Positions 1 through 13,084 of a DNA stretch of 64,000 nt are shown here, in pieces. The translations under genes and the position numbers were made by a program. Origin of the DNA: Mobula hypostoma (lineage: Eukaryota); the NCBI RefSeq assembly GCF_963921235.1, contig NC_086118.1, forward strand, positions 16,432,001-16,496,000, read 5' to 3'. How positions within the stretch are numbered: position 1 is the stretch's first letter; the number at the start of each line of letters is the position of its first letter. The notes beneath the pieces were generated by a model that ran no database searches, was not told where the DNA came from, and saw nothing but the letters and a program-made list of their open reading frames with translations.

Positions 1-235
1 CCTGCTAAGTTCCTCTAGACTTTCAGCATCTGCCGAATCTTTTGTGTTTATGATTAACAATACAGTTTTTAGTATATTCCCAAAAAAAACTGCAACCATT
101 ACATAGAAATTGCTCGATCCAGTCTGCCACCTGTATTCACCTCATTGTATTACTCTCACTAGGAGCTCCACATTTCCACTTGAGTTTCACCTCTAGCAGC
201 CACAGCCATCCTGTGAAATGGAGTGAGTTTGCCAG

Positions 236-1052
236 TCTTACGTACCCTGTAACCGGGTTGCCAAACCAGCAGAAATGGAACACGTGTTGGAGTCTGTGAT
301 TACTAGGAACTAATAAAGTTTTATCAAAGAAACAAGTAATACAGTACACTAATTGCAAGGATATAAATGTAACAGGTTAGCAATGATAATACACACATAT
401 ACACAGAAATAGGTTAATAGGAATCAACCAAGCTCTATTGCAGTCTAGGGGTAAAGTGATCGGTCTTAAGTGAAGCAGAGTTCAGTTCAGTCTAGTGTAG
501 TTCGAAGTAATTGCTGTTGTTGTACCGTTGGAGAGGGAGAGAGAGAGAATGAGAGATGCAGTTGGTTTCAGGCAAACATTTTCGATAGCCTTCTGATCCA
601 GCTGTGGTCACGAACAGTGACCCCTCCGTTCCGGATGCGATCGTTCTTCCGAGGTGAACCCGGCACCCAGGCAAGGGCGGACACACATCAGGTTCCCACC
701 GATCGTACCTTTACACCCTGTGAGCCCATGACCGATTCCCGCGAACCAGTCCTCCAAACTCCCACCACCTTGTGGGGCACACTGCTCTTTCCAGGGTCTC
801 GTGGCGTGTGTCGTGCCTTAGCAAACCTGCTATTTTTATCCCCTGCCAGGGTATCACCTGTCCATCAAACCTCAAACAGTTCAGGTTCAAAGCAAACGGC
901 CTGTTACAGACGCCAACATCAGAATTGTGTTTCTTTCTCGTTAATCTCTCTCTTCTCTCTTATTAGCATTTTGAATGTTTCTCCATTGTCTTCCGTTATC
1001 TCTCTCATTAGCATCATCCGTCCTGCAGCTCTGCTTGGCGTCACACATGACA
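236..1052 (-). mobile_element. Solo LTR (Gypsy-like)
   Basis: Right end reads TGTCATG.. on the minus strand. CCAG flanks both sides (232-235, 1053-1056). Shares (AACTG)n motif and terminal sequence (..CCCG..GGGT.CGT..GACA) with the LTR at 45258-46176. Confidence 0.65.
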
Positions 1053-2684
1053 CCAGTAACAACCAGGAGGCTCTTTCCCCATTACCCCAATGGCCTTTTG
1101 ACAGATCAGTGGCCTGATTATTACTGTTGAATACATCTGATTGAGACTTAGTAACAAATACATTTAAATGAATAAGAGAATTATTTCAGAATTTAAAAAA
1201 ATAGTTTTCCTTAGAAATAAGAAATTAACAGAAGTCTGAAGGGAAAGTAAAAAAAGAAAATTTAACAAGTTTCTTATTGGCACTTGACCTTTTAATATAA
1301 GGTGTGTTGCTCTGTATTAAATTTTATTAAAATATTAGATGAAAGTCTGAACAATTCCAAGCGACACTTAAGCTCTTTATGAGCTTGCAGCATGTGAAGT
1401 GTCTGTACACGTTAAACACTATAGATTGGTTAAATGTTTGCTAATAGCCTCTGATTCTTTCTTAGCCTCAGGCACTAGTGGCATGATAGTATCTGTCTCT
1501 CAATGCTTTCAGTGCTTGTGCTGTCTCTCAATGTGTTTCTCAATGCTTGTGGATTGAACCCCTCTTTATTGAGGTACCTTTCAACTGGTTCTTGGGACTT
1601 CACCTAGACCAAAGATTGCGATCGATAGATGCCTAGGATGGACCCAGGGTGATTTCACGAGTCAGAATTTTGTTACCCTGACAACAGTGACAATCAAGCT
1701 GCAACTGAGAATTGTGAGCCCTGAGATCTCTGTGGAAATTTTTGTAACTTATTACATAATATTTAGTGTGGTTCCTTTCTGCGTTTGTTTTATGATAATT
1801 TACTTTGTTGTACTAGTATACTTATTACTACATTTCCTGGGCACTTTGAATTAGTTTGGGTCCTTTGGGTCTGATCAGCCCAGCCCATTACATAAGGTAA
1901 GGCAACAGATACACACAGAATGGCAAAATCAAGCCGAACATATACCTAGTCTTGGTTACAGATTCACAGTTATTATAGTGGTACCATTCCTTGTGTTCTA
2001 ATATGAAATGAATAACGTTTCAGCAATCAAAATATGTCTGTGCAAGAAGACAGTTTTACTTTGTGCTTCAAGCTCACATTTACTGGAGGATGTTGATAAT
2101 GACTGGGCCAAAGCACAACGTTCCTTCCAAGTGCCTTAAAGGCCACTTTGGTTATTATGGGCATATGGACAGTCATCACCTGTCATGGCACTATGAGAAA
2201 CCTCATTTGTTTCAGACTTGGAACAGTTGCGAATCATTTTAAGCATGGCCGCTGTGTGACGCGCCTCTTCTCCCTGCCATACACGTGCAGACTATACCCA
2301 TTCGCAGATCTGCCTGGTTCTCTCACAGACATACTTCAGTCACTTTCTGAAAGGTTAGAGCACTTAGTCGAATGTGCTTGACTTGCTAATCTAAATGCAG
2401 ATGCAATAGATAAATAAAGGGCTCATAAATAAATCCAGCCTCAGATTTTAACTGGAGTGTAAAGATCAGATAACGTTCTACAGTATGTTTTTTTTCCCCA
2501 TATTCAACAGGGACATGTGTATGAAGTGTCAGCTGCTAACATGAGGGATATAATGTTAAGGAAATAAATAAATCTCTCTTTGTAAATAATGTCAAATACT
2601 GGCACCCAAGTCAGGAATTGCACGGACTACTTGATCTAGCTTAGAGATGTTTTCATGTTGTCTCAATAGTCGTGCTTTACTTAC

Positions 2685-2790
2685 TTATAGGAGTTTCAAG
2701 TTGCCATCAGTCTTCTGTCGGAATACCAGAGGAAGGAAAATGGGAACAAAGCTTGTGCCAATGTTTTTTAGGTGGATGGGAAGAACAGAA
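2685..2790 (-). CDS. Candidate last coding exon of unidentified minus-strand gene (SVLPIHLKNIGTSFVPIFLPLVFRQKTDGNLKLL*)
   Basis: tgtttcAG acceptor; open frame ending in TAA immediately followed by GTAAGT; start phase matches the end phase of the exon at 14209-14277. Confidence 0.35.
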
Positions 2791-3059
2791 CTGAAACATA
2801 GTGCTGCACTTTTAATAACATCCAGAAGTATCCAGCAGTATAGCTACTCTGCAATGCAAAAATTGACTCAAAAATCATGTGCAAGTTGTTCTAGCAGGAT
2901 ATAAATAGTACTATTTAATTTGGTGTTAACTAAACTAGCTCTCACTGCAGTAAGTAACCTCTGCAGAGGAAATTTGCAAATAGGTACTGAAACTTTGCAT
3001 CAGATTTTCCAATCACACTTCAATGGAATAAAGATTTTAACCACAAAGAAACACAATTT

Positions 3060-3195
3060 ATTCAGTCCAGCCAAAGGGCTTTGGCTCAAAACGTCGATTG
3101 TATCTTGTCCATAGATACTGCCTGACCTGCTGAGTTCCTCCAGCGTTTTGTGTGTGTTGCTCGGATTTCCAGCATCTGCAGATTTTATCTTGTTT
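3060..3195 (+). mobile_element. Neptune-Penelope pLTR-derived short repeat, hammerhead core degenerate
   Basis: Matches family sequence ..AAGGG..TCGGCCCGAAACGTCGA..GATGCTGCCTGACCTGCTGAGTTCCTCCAGC..TTTGTGTGTGTTGC seen intact at 16546-16650. Confidence 0.75.
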
Positions 3196-3618
3196 GCAGT
3201 TTACATAGAGAAATGTTAAAGTTGGCACAACCTCAAATAGGATTAGAGTTACTGGTCTTGAGTATATTGACTTTTTACCTTGCAACACGTGTAAATTCTG
3301 AGAGCTTAGCACACCGCAATAAATCACATCATTTCAATGTATTTTATTGAACCTTACTAATCTTTTAACATCTGTCCATAGCAGTTCCATAAAATGCTCA
3401 CTGCAGTATTTCAATCATTACAGCAGGAAACTAAATTCTGTCATAGTGCGTGTGAAGTCATAAGACTTAAATGACAACATGAATAAGACAAGAAGGAATG
3501 GATGCTAGAAATCTGAAACTCCATGGTAATTGTCTCACTGGATAAATATTTTTGTAATGTTGGTTTAATTTATAAACTAATATATGCTGAATTATTTCCC
3601 AACTAATAATGTCATAGC

Positions 3619-4030
3619 TTGGAGGAGGCCTTTGAAAGGAAGCTCTCCAAGTACGCAGGACTGGTCAGCAACTGTCAGCAGGCTGGATGGAGAGCGAGGT
3701 GTCTCCCAGTGGAGGTTGGTTGTAGGGGATTCATAGCCCGTTCTTTAGTTAGAGCCTTCAGCATTTTGGGCATCGAGGGAGAGAGGAAGAGGAGAGCCAT
3801 CTGCAGTACCCCCGATGCGGCAGAGAAGGCCTCAAGATGGTTGTGGCTCAAAAGAGGGGAGCCACGGAGTCATAAGTAGCTGGCCATCTGGACACAAGCT
3901 GGGGTCTGATCAGCCCCGGCTGGGTCACCTGGAGGAGGTTGTATGATGTTGAAAGATCCGAAACACCCGATGATTCCAGGAACATCACTGAAGATGTGTC
4001 CAGAAGCATCAATAGATGTATGTACACAGC
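3619..4030 (+). mobile_element. 5'-truncated HERO-clade (R2-group) non-LTR retrotransposon, restriction-like endonuclease C-terminus plus 3' UTR
   Basis: EEAFERKLSKY..GW.A..LPVEVGCRGF..AEKASRWLWLKR is the typical HERO RLE tail; possible TSD catagc/cacagc. Confidence 0.8.
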
Positions 4031-4680
4031 AGTGCTATTGTTAATTTTAAAATTTTAAGTGAAAAGCATTCCAAAGAAAAATCATTCCTCAATGCCTTTG
4101 TAATAAATTCTTCAAAACAATGCATGCTCATTTTTTTTTCACAAGAGTGCCGGAGGTCATTCAAATAGATTCCTCTGTACTTATTGTTTCAATTTGGCTT
4201 CTGGATGGTTGAAGTGGGGCTCAATTATTGATGAAATTGCATCTTATCAGGATGAGCTCAGTTTACTAGCCCTGTGGCTTTCTCCTTTTCCTTCTCCTAT
4301 GTACAGTGTATATACACCTTAATCACTTTAATTTTCCACATGATTTATTAGAGGGCACATGTCCTCACTCATTCCTTCATTTCAGTGATTATATTTAATA
4401 ATATAATTAATTGTATCTATTCACAACTGAAGCATCAATTAGTCTTGTTTTTAGTCATAAAACAACTGACATAGTTTGGAGATAAAAGACAAAACAATGG
4501 CAGGTGGACTTCTACATATGTAATGACTTTTCTTGACTCTGCTTATTGATGAGGACGAGAGGAACAAGTATTATGTCAATTGTGTCTTCTGAGGCTTGAT
4601 AATTTCTTCCATGGAGTTTTAAGGGATGTCGGTGAGGAAACTTCAGCCATAACTTTCAAAAGCAGTCTCAGTTCACATGT

Positions 4681-4812
4681 ACACACGAGGAAATCTGCAG
4701 ATGCTGGAAATTCAAGCAACACACACAAAATACTGGTGAACGCAGCAAGCCAGGTAGCAACTATAGGAAGAGGTACAGTCAACGTTTTGGGCCGAGACCC
4801 TTCGTCAGGACA
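4681..4812 (-). mobile_element. Solo Penelope pLTR / hammerhead-motif short element with TSD
   Basis: Minus strand reads GTC-CTGACGA-AGGGTCTCGGCCC-AAAACGTTGACTG. Flanked by CTCAGTTCA(C/T)ATGT at 4667-4680 and 4813-4826. Confidence 0.85.
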
Positions 4813-5009
4813 CTCAGTTCATATGTTGCATCTTTAGATTGTAACATTGTAATATTGCTTTATTATTTCACAAAAAATGTGAGGAAAATAAAATAATAGC
4901 AATAATAATATGTTAGTGAAGCTGGAAATCGAATACTTCAAGTACTCAACAAGATATGCATTTCCATGTGGAGAAAATTGAGATAAGGATCTATAATTTT
5001 AATAAAACA

Positions 5010-6010
5010 AAAGTTCAAAGTAAATATACACTCACTGGCCACTTTATTAGATACACCTGTGCACCTGCTCGTTAATGGAAATATTTAATCAGCCAATCAT
5101 GTGGCAGCAACTCGATGCATAAGAGCATGCAGACATGGTTAAGAGGTTCATTTGTTCAGAGCAAACATGAGAATGAGGATGAAATATGATAACCGTGGAA
5201 TGATTATGTCCACACATGGTGGTTTGAGTATCTCAGGAACTGCTGATGTCCTGGGGTTTTCCGACACAACAGAGAATGTGCAAAAAACAAAACAAAAAAA
5301 AAAAATCCAGTGTGTAGCAGTTCTGTGGGAAAAATGCCTTGTTAATGAGAGACATAAGAGGAGAATGGTTTGATTGATTCAAGCTGACAGGAAGTCAAAG
5401 AACTACGCAGAAGAGCATCTCTGAATGCATAACATATTGTACCTTGAAGTGGATGGGCTACAGCAACAGAAGACCATGAATATACACTTAATGGCTACTC
5501 TTTTAATTAACTGCTGTTGCTAATAAATTGGCCACTGAGTGCACGTCACCATTTACTACCCTGAGATTCATTTTCTTGCGGGCAGTCTCAGTAGAAGAGA
5601 AAACTCCAATGGAATCAATGAAAAATTACACACACAGACTGACAGGCAATTATTGTGTAAACAAAGACAAACTGTGTAAAATAGGTAAATAAATATACTG
5701 AAAAATCCTTGAAAGGCTGTGGAATCAGTTCGGTTTTGAGGTTTCATTCTGGTTCAGGGGCCTGATGATTGAAGGGTAATAACTGCTCTTGAACCAAGTG
5801 GTATGGAACCCAAGGCGCCCGTACCTCTTTCCCAAAGGAAGCAGCAAGAAGAGAACTTGGCCTGGATTGGGGTGGGGGGTCTTTGGTGATGGATACTGAT
5901 TCCCTGAGGCAGTGCTCCATGTAGATGTGCTCAATGGTGGGGATGGCTTTGCCTGTGATGATCTGGGCTCTGTCACTAGTTTATGTAGGCATTTCCATTC
6001 ATGGTCATTA
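5010..6010 (-). mobile_element. Rex1/Babar LINE 3' end (degenerate)
   Basis: LFLLLPLGKRY..HTTWFKSSYYPSIIRPLN matches the Rex1 C-terminal motif (LF..LPSG.RYR....TTRF..SF.P..IRLLN); TTTGAACTTT tail. Confidence 0.75.
5029..5541. mobile_element. Non-autonomous Tc1/mariner element
   Basis: TIRs CACTCACTGGCCACTTTATTAG / TAATAAATTGGCCACTGAGTG after a TA; nested in the Rex1 tail. Confidence 0.8.
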
Positions 6011-6978
6011 GTTTTTTTGGAAAACTTTTTGGAATCTGTAGTTAGCTAAAGTGATGGTGCAGTAAAGGGAGTGAACTACAAGGGATACATCATCACTAAT
6101 GAATTAATTTAGTTTTTACATATGAAATTGTTGATAGGTTAATGCTATTATAAATAGATTTCCTGAAGACATTTATTGGGCTTCACAAATGAATCCACCT
6201 AAAATCTTAACTCATAAAACCAAAAGTAAATTATTGGCCAGGTTCATTTGCTGGTATATAATAATTATGTACTCATATTGAAAATGAATTGTGCTTTACG
6301 ACAGATATTTTTGCAGGAACCCATACTATTCACTATAAATATTGATAAGTTAGGCAAGACAATGGAAGCCCTTTTACTCTTGCATTCCATTCAAGACAAG
6401 ACAAGACAAGCTTGGAGCTTAAAAGTTTAAAAAGGTACGTAGATTAAAAAGGACAAAACCATTTGTACTGCCCTCATTCAGGTGTTGTAACATTAACTAG
6501 ACAGTCAGCCATACTCCATTCAGAAATAGCACAAAAGTCAGGATATACCCTCCTATATGTCCTTGGGTTTATTGCAGACTCAATTGCATGACATAGTGAA
6601 TAAGGTTTGAAACTGAAAAACAACAATACACAGTGCACTTACCACATTGTTCCATTTACACAACCAAATATACACAGATGAGTAAGAATTTAGTTAAGAT
6701 TCCCATAAGTAAATATTATAAGATACTGACAAGTAATTACTGCAGGTAAATAGTATGTCTAAACCATTAGCATCTAGGTAAGTATCAAATAAATGAAAAA
6801 ATGATATCCTATTTCTGTAAAATCTTATGATACCTTTAGATTAACTTCTAAGCAATATAACATCAATTTACAATCAATGCTTCTGCTGGTGAAACAACAG
6901 GATGGCGTTAGGTAGAAACATCTTTAGCTCCTAACATAATCCTCTGCCTTCTGCTAACCAATCTGCTTTCCTACTCAC

Positions 6979-7014
6979 TGCTTCCTGACTGCATAGGAAG
7001 TGACCTCATACAAT
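6979..7014 (-). CDS. Possible 36-nt micro-exon (LYEVTSYAVRK)
   Basis: gtttcAG acceptor, GTGAGT donor, open frame, phase 2-2 compatible with neighbouring candidate exons. Confidence 0.25.
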
Positions 7015-9159
7015 CTGAAACTGCTCATTTCAAAATAAAAGCTGAATGTGCTTAATCATACAGAAAAAACAAACAAACATCAGTTGTCTGACAGGCAGAA
7101 CACTATGATCTGTGTGTGTCTACTTAGGCATGACATCATCCATTTTGAAATGGTGAAAGAGAGGTCCATGTATACAAATTACTAAAATGTAATAGCCAGT
7201 TTTAATACAATAAAGAGGGCATGTTGTTCTTCATAAATACAGACCTTGATTATAAAGGGGGAAAAGATTTATTACAACCATGTAAAGTCTTGATTAAACT
7301 GTATTTGGAGTAACACAAATAGTTCTGAACCCTGTAAATAAAAGGATGTATTAGCTTTGTCACAGAGTCCTGGAAGCACACATCATAAAAGCAGGAGCTT
7401 CGACCTACTGAGGCTATGTATTTTGGCTCAGGTTTTGCCAAACGTTGTATCTTATGTCATTTGCGACATTACTATTAGGAACACACTAAGAGAAAGAGGC
7501 AGAAAAAAATGAGGGAAGACATAAGCTAATTGTGAATGTTATGGGTGTTTCAGGTTTTTCTAAAGGTTGCGTGTTACATAATTTGTTGGTTTATCATAGG
7601 GACTAGACAAAGTGAAGGAGTGCATAGACTTACCACACTGAAATAGGATCAAACAGGATTCAACCAACAGAACCAGGTATCAGACAACTGATAGACTTGT
7701 CTGAGCTGAGGCTATGATGGATTAATTGCCCTGAGTCAGGTTTGTGCTGCATTAACTGTGTTGATCCAGGTTCAGCATTGAAGTCTCAGTCAATCTGAGG
7801 CATCTCTTACATCCTACAGCCTACTGAAAATTGAAAATTGGTGGAATCTGAACCAAAGCATTCTGAATAGGAATGTCTCTCATCCACTCTCCCTGAGGTG
7901 CTTTCAAATTTCAGCTTCTGTCTGTCATCTCCCAGCTCATCAGTGCAAGGAGCTTCAACTCTGGCAAAGAATGTACAGTCAACCAGCATTTTGAACGCAC
8001 TAACATCCATATCCATCTCCCTGGGCACCCAGAGCTTGACACGGCTTCACCATTAGAACTCGTGATCGTGAAGGTGTAAGGCTGATTCCCACCTGCTGAG
8101 CCCAGGACAACCACCACTGGCTCTTCCAGCTGTCTGTTCATCACTCAAGCAGCTGTGATAACTCACCACCCCCAGTGCAGGTAACCCACCTTGGCAACCT
8201 ACGATAGCATTGTCCTGACCATTCAACTCTACTCTTCAATTCAGTAAACTATTATGTTGACAGGAGGCAGATGGCAGGATGATTCATCTGTCTGTACCAA
8301 GTTGCGTTGTAAGGAACCGTCCTGGTCCCGTGGACGAGAGGTCAGTGTTAGAGACCATTCAGGAGAATTACAGTTTGTATTCTTTTTAAATGCATTTTTC
8401 TAACACAAAGAATTAGAAACTTCAAGTGAAGTTTCTGTAACTGGCAACAAAAATTGCACTTATTTTTAAAGAATCGCCTGATCTGGTCTAATCTGAGCCG
8501 GAGAAATTCTAGTTTTCTCAGTCGAACTACATTTTATCTAAACATGATACAATTAGTCAGGTCCTTTTAGGCTCAGATTGGGCAGTGAATTAAAGAAGCT
8601 ATTTATTTCCTTTAGGAATGGAGATCCACAGTTTAAATTGTTTCCTTCCTGCTTCTTAATGCTCGAGTGCAATTGCAAAAACATGCTACATTTTGAGCCT
8701 TAACTTTCTGCATCATATTTAATGGTTACTTAATGTGCAAGGGACTCAGTTCCATGAAACTCATCAGGATATTGAAGGCAAGCTAATCGTGGAGTAGTGC
8801 AAATTATTCAGCAAGTTAAAAAGAGGATCAATCATAGAATATATCTGCCTCCTTATAAACTGCAGACAAATTTATATTAACAACTGTGAATGCATTATAC
8901 TTGCAATAATTTCTGCTGAAAAATCTGAATTAATATCAAGCTGACTGCCAGAAGCAACAGGGGTAATTTCCCTCAGTATCATTTGTTGCAATATTATTGC
9001 TCAATGATCATGAAAATAACCATTCACAAAGAAGAAAAGGACAAACTCTGCCTATTTCCGAGGATCTTCATTCATCCTGTTGCATCCTTGCAGCCCAAGT
9101 ATCTCTGTTTTTGAACCTCACTCATGTGTTTAATCAAAGACCTCATCTCCTTCTACTGT

Positions 9160-11500
9160 AAGACCATAAAACCATAAGATATAAGAGCAGAAGTAGGCTA
9201 TTTGGCCCATCGAATCTGATCCATCATTCAATCATGGGCTGATCCAATTCTTCCAGACATCCTCACTCCCCTGCCTTCACCCCCTACCCTTTGATGCCCT
9301 GGCCTCCACAGCCGCTTGTGGCAACAGATTCCACAGATCTACCATCCTCTGACTAAAGTAATTTCTCCGCTTCTCAGTTCTAAATGGACATCATTTAATC
9401 CTGAAGTTGTGCCCTTTTGTCCTAGAACCCCTACCATGGGAAATAACTTTGCCATTTCTAATCTGTTCAGGCCTTTTAACATTCCGAATGTTTCTATGAG
9501 ATCCCCCCTCATTCTCCTGAACTCCAGGGAATACAGCCCAAGAGCTGCCAGACGTTCCTCATACAGTAACCCTTTCATTCCTGGAATCATTCTTGTGAAT
9601 TTTCTCTGAACCCTCTCCAATGTCAGTGTATCTTTTCTAAAATAATGAGCCCAAAACTGCACACAATACTCCAAGTGTGGTCTCACGAGTGCCTTATAGA
9701 GCCTCAACATCACATCCCTGCTCTTATATTTTATACCTCTAGAAATGAATGCCAACATTACATTTGCCTTCTTCACCACTGACTCAACTTGGAGGTTAAT
9801 CTTTAGGGTATCTTGCACAAGGACTCCCAAGTCCCTTTGCATCTCTGCATTTTGAATTCTCTCCCTGTCTAAATAATAGTCTGCCCATTTACTTCTTCCA
9901 CCAATGTGCATGACCATACACTTTCCAACATTGTATTTCATTTGCCACTTCTTTGCCCATTCCCCTAAACTATCTCAGTCTATCTGAAGGCTCTCTGTTT
10001 CATCAACCCTACCTGCTCCTCCACCTATCTTTGTATCATCGGCAAATTTAGCCACAGATCTATTAATCCCATAATCCAAATCATTGACATACATTGTAAA
10101 AAGCAGCGGTCCCAACACCGACCACTGTGGAACTCCACTGGTAACCGGCAGCCAGCCAGAATAGGATCCATTTATTCCCACTCTCTGTTTTCTGCCGACC
10201 AGTCAATGCTCCACCCACGCTAGTAACTTCCCTGTAATTCCATAGGCTCTTATCTTGCTAAGCAGCCTCATGTGCAGCACCTTGTCAAAGGCCTTCTGAA
10301 AATCCAAGTACACCACATCTACTGCATCTCCTTTGTCTACCCTGCCTGTAATTTCCTCAAAGAATTGCAGTAGGTTTGTCAGGCAGGATTTTCCTTTCAG
10401 GAAACCATGCTGGCTTTGGCCTATCTTGTCATGTGCCTCCAGGTACTCTGTAATCTCATTACTAACAATCGATTCTAACAACTTCCTAACCACTGATGTC
10501 AGGATAACAAGTCTATTGTTTCTGTTTTGCTGCTTCCCACCCTTCTTAAATAGCGGAGTAACATTTGCAATTTTCCAGTCATCCAGTACAATGCCAGAAT
10601 CTATCGATTCTTGAAAAATTATTGTTAATGCCTCCGCAATCTCTCCAGCTACTTCCTTCAGAACCCAAGGGTGCATTCCATCAGGTCCAGGAGATTTATT
10701 CACCCTCAGACCATTAAGCTTCCTGAGCACCTTCTCGGTTGTGATTTTCACTGCACAAAGTTCACTTCCCTGACACTCTTGAATATCCGGTATACTGCAG
10801 ACTTCTTCCACCGTGAAGACTGACGCAAAGTATGCATTCAGTTCCTCTGTCATCTCTGCATCTCTCATTACAATATCTCCAGCATCATTTTGCATTGGTC
10901 GTATTTCTATCTTCAGCTTCAGCTGTCTTTTACTCTTTATATACTTAAAAAAAGCTTTTAGTATCTTCCTTGATATTAGTCGCCAGCTTCCTGTCATTAT
11001 TCATCTTTTCCTTCCTAATGACCTTCTTAGTTTCCTTCTGCAAGTTTTTAAAAGCTTCCCAATCCTACATCTTCCCACTAACTTTGGCTTCCTCGTATGC
11101 CCCCTCTTGCTTTTACTTTGGCATTGACTTCACTTGTCAGCCACAGTAGTGTCCTTCCCTTTGAAAATTTCTTCTTATTTGGAATACATCTGTCTTGCAC
11201 TTCCCTCATTTTTCGCAGAAACTCCAGCCATTACTGCTCTCCTGTCCTGCCTGAAAATATCCCTTCCCAGTTAACTTCGACCAGTTCCCCTCTCATGCTA
11301 TTGTATTTTCCCTTATTCCACTGAAATACCGACACATTGGATTTTATTTTTTCCCTCTCAAATTTTAATGTGAAATTGATCATATTGTGATCATTGTTTC
11401 CTAAGGGTTCCTTAACCTTAAGCTCTCTTATCAGCTCTGGATCATTGCACAACACCCAATCCAGCACAGCCGATCCCCTAATGGGATCAACAATAAGTTG
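9160..11500 (-). mobile_element. CR1/HER1 LINE, 5'-truncated, ORF2 (end of APE, RT) with stops
   Basis: KSPGPDG, QHGF..GKSCLTNL, YLDFQKAFDKV, GVPQ.SVLGP, FADD, RPHLEYC motifs; CTTATGGT-type 3' tail near 9160-9185. Confidence 0.95.
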
Positions 11501-12381
11501 TTCAAGCTCCCTAATATACTTTTCTTATTTACCGATGTGTCCTTTTTTCATTTGAATGTCTTCTCAAAATATAAACTGAATGATTGTTTCAAATTTCAAG
11601 TTCAAGCTTATTGTCATGGGCATACATACTGGGCCATGAAATTTAGCCTTTTACAAAAGCGCAATTGAGTACATGAGCCAGTCTTCATCGGAAGATCAGA
11701 GGTGGAAAGAGTTAGCAACTTTATATTCCTGGGTGTTACTATTTCAGAGGATCTGTCCGGGATCTGGCACGTAAGTGCAATTGTGAAGAAAGCATGGTAA
11801 TGCCTTTATTTCCTTAGAAGTCTGTGGAGATTTGGTATGACGTCTAAAACTTGGACAAACTTCTGTAGATGTGTAGTGGAAAGTACATCTACTGGCTACA
11901 TCAGAGCCTGGTTTTGAAAACACCATGCCTTTGAAAGGAAAATCCTACAAAAGGTAGTGGATTTGGCCCAGTAAATCATCGTTAAAGTCCTCCCAACTAT
12001 TGAACACATCTACGTGAAACACTGTCACAGGAAAGCAGCATCCATCATCAGGGATCCCTATCACCCAGGTCATGCTCTTTTCTCACTGCTGCCATCAGGT
12101 GGAATGTACAAGAGCCTCAGGACTCGCACCACCAGGTTCAAGAACAGTTACTACCCCACAACCATCAGGCTCTTGAACAAAAGGGGATAACTATACTCAA
12201 TTGCCCATCCACTTAGATGTTCCCACAACCAATGATCTCACTTTCAGGGCTCTTTATCTTTTTATCTCATGTTCTTGTTATTTATTGCTATTTATTTATA
12301 TTTTCATTTGCACAATTCGTTGTCTTCTTGACTCAAATTGATCCTGTTATAGTTATGACTGTATAGATTTGCTGAGTATGC

Positions 12382-13084
12382 AGACATCTCACCCTGCAAA
12401 AGCTCATTTCAGGGAGGTAGCACCATCAATTTGTGGGAAACTCCCGGAACTTCGGGGAGAGGTGGGATGTCTGCAATAGAGTAGCTCCTTAACTGCTAGC
12501 CAGCTAGTTTAAATGACGTTAGCTACGCTAATGAACGAATGACACCTGTTAAACTCACCTCAACATGTCTTTTATAGTTTTAACCCACCATGGGCAATAG
12601 AAAAGCCACTGTTACAAATTGTGCAGCGAGCAACACTGTCATTATTTTTGACCCCTATTAGGCAAGAGTACACTTTAGTGGAGTCTGGGGTGACATACGC
12701 TTCATATTTTCTTTTTTTGGAACATTCTCGCTCTTGCTCTTGCTCTCGCTCTCTCTCTCTCACGCGCGCGCTCTCTCGCTCGTGGTCGCTCTCTCGCTCT
12801 CGCGCTCTCTCTCATGGTTGCTCACTCATGCTCGCTCTCTCGCGTTTCCTTTCTTGCTCTTGCGCTCTCTCTCTCTCTCTCGTGGTCGCTCTCGCTCTCG
12901 CACTCGCTGTCTCATGCTTGCTTTCTTGCTCTTGCGCTCGCTCTCTTGCTCTTTCTTGCGCGTTCTCTCACGCTCGCTCTCAAAAAAATCAATTTCCCGG
13001 ACATTGTATATAATTTGCGGGCATCAGGGAGCCACTATTAATATGCGGAAGACTCCCGGAACTTCCAGGAGAGCTGGGATGTCT
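12382..13084 (-). mobile_element. Non-autonomous hAT-like DNA transposon
   Basis: TIR AGACATCTCACC / AGCTGGGATGTCT; 8-bp TSD GAGTATGC; BED-finger remnant ARCTICNSGFSIAHGG. Confidence 0.8.
12726..12981. repeat. Compound (CT)n/(CTCG)n microsatellite inside the hAT-like element
   Basis: Long imperfect CT/CG dinucleotide run. Confidence 0.9.

Noticed and set aside
470..1117. 215-aa ORF
   Set aside because: Lies within a solo LTR and has no recognisable domain.
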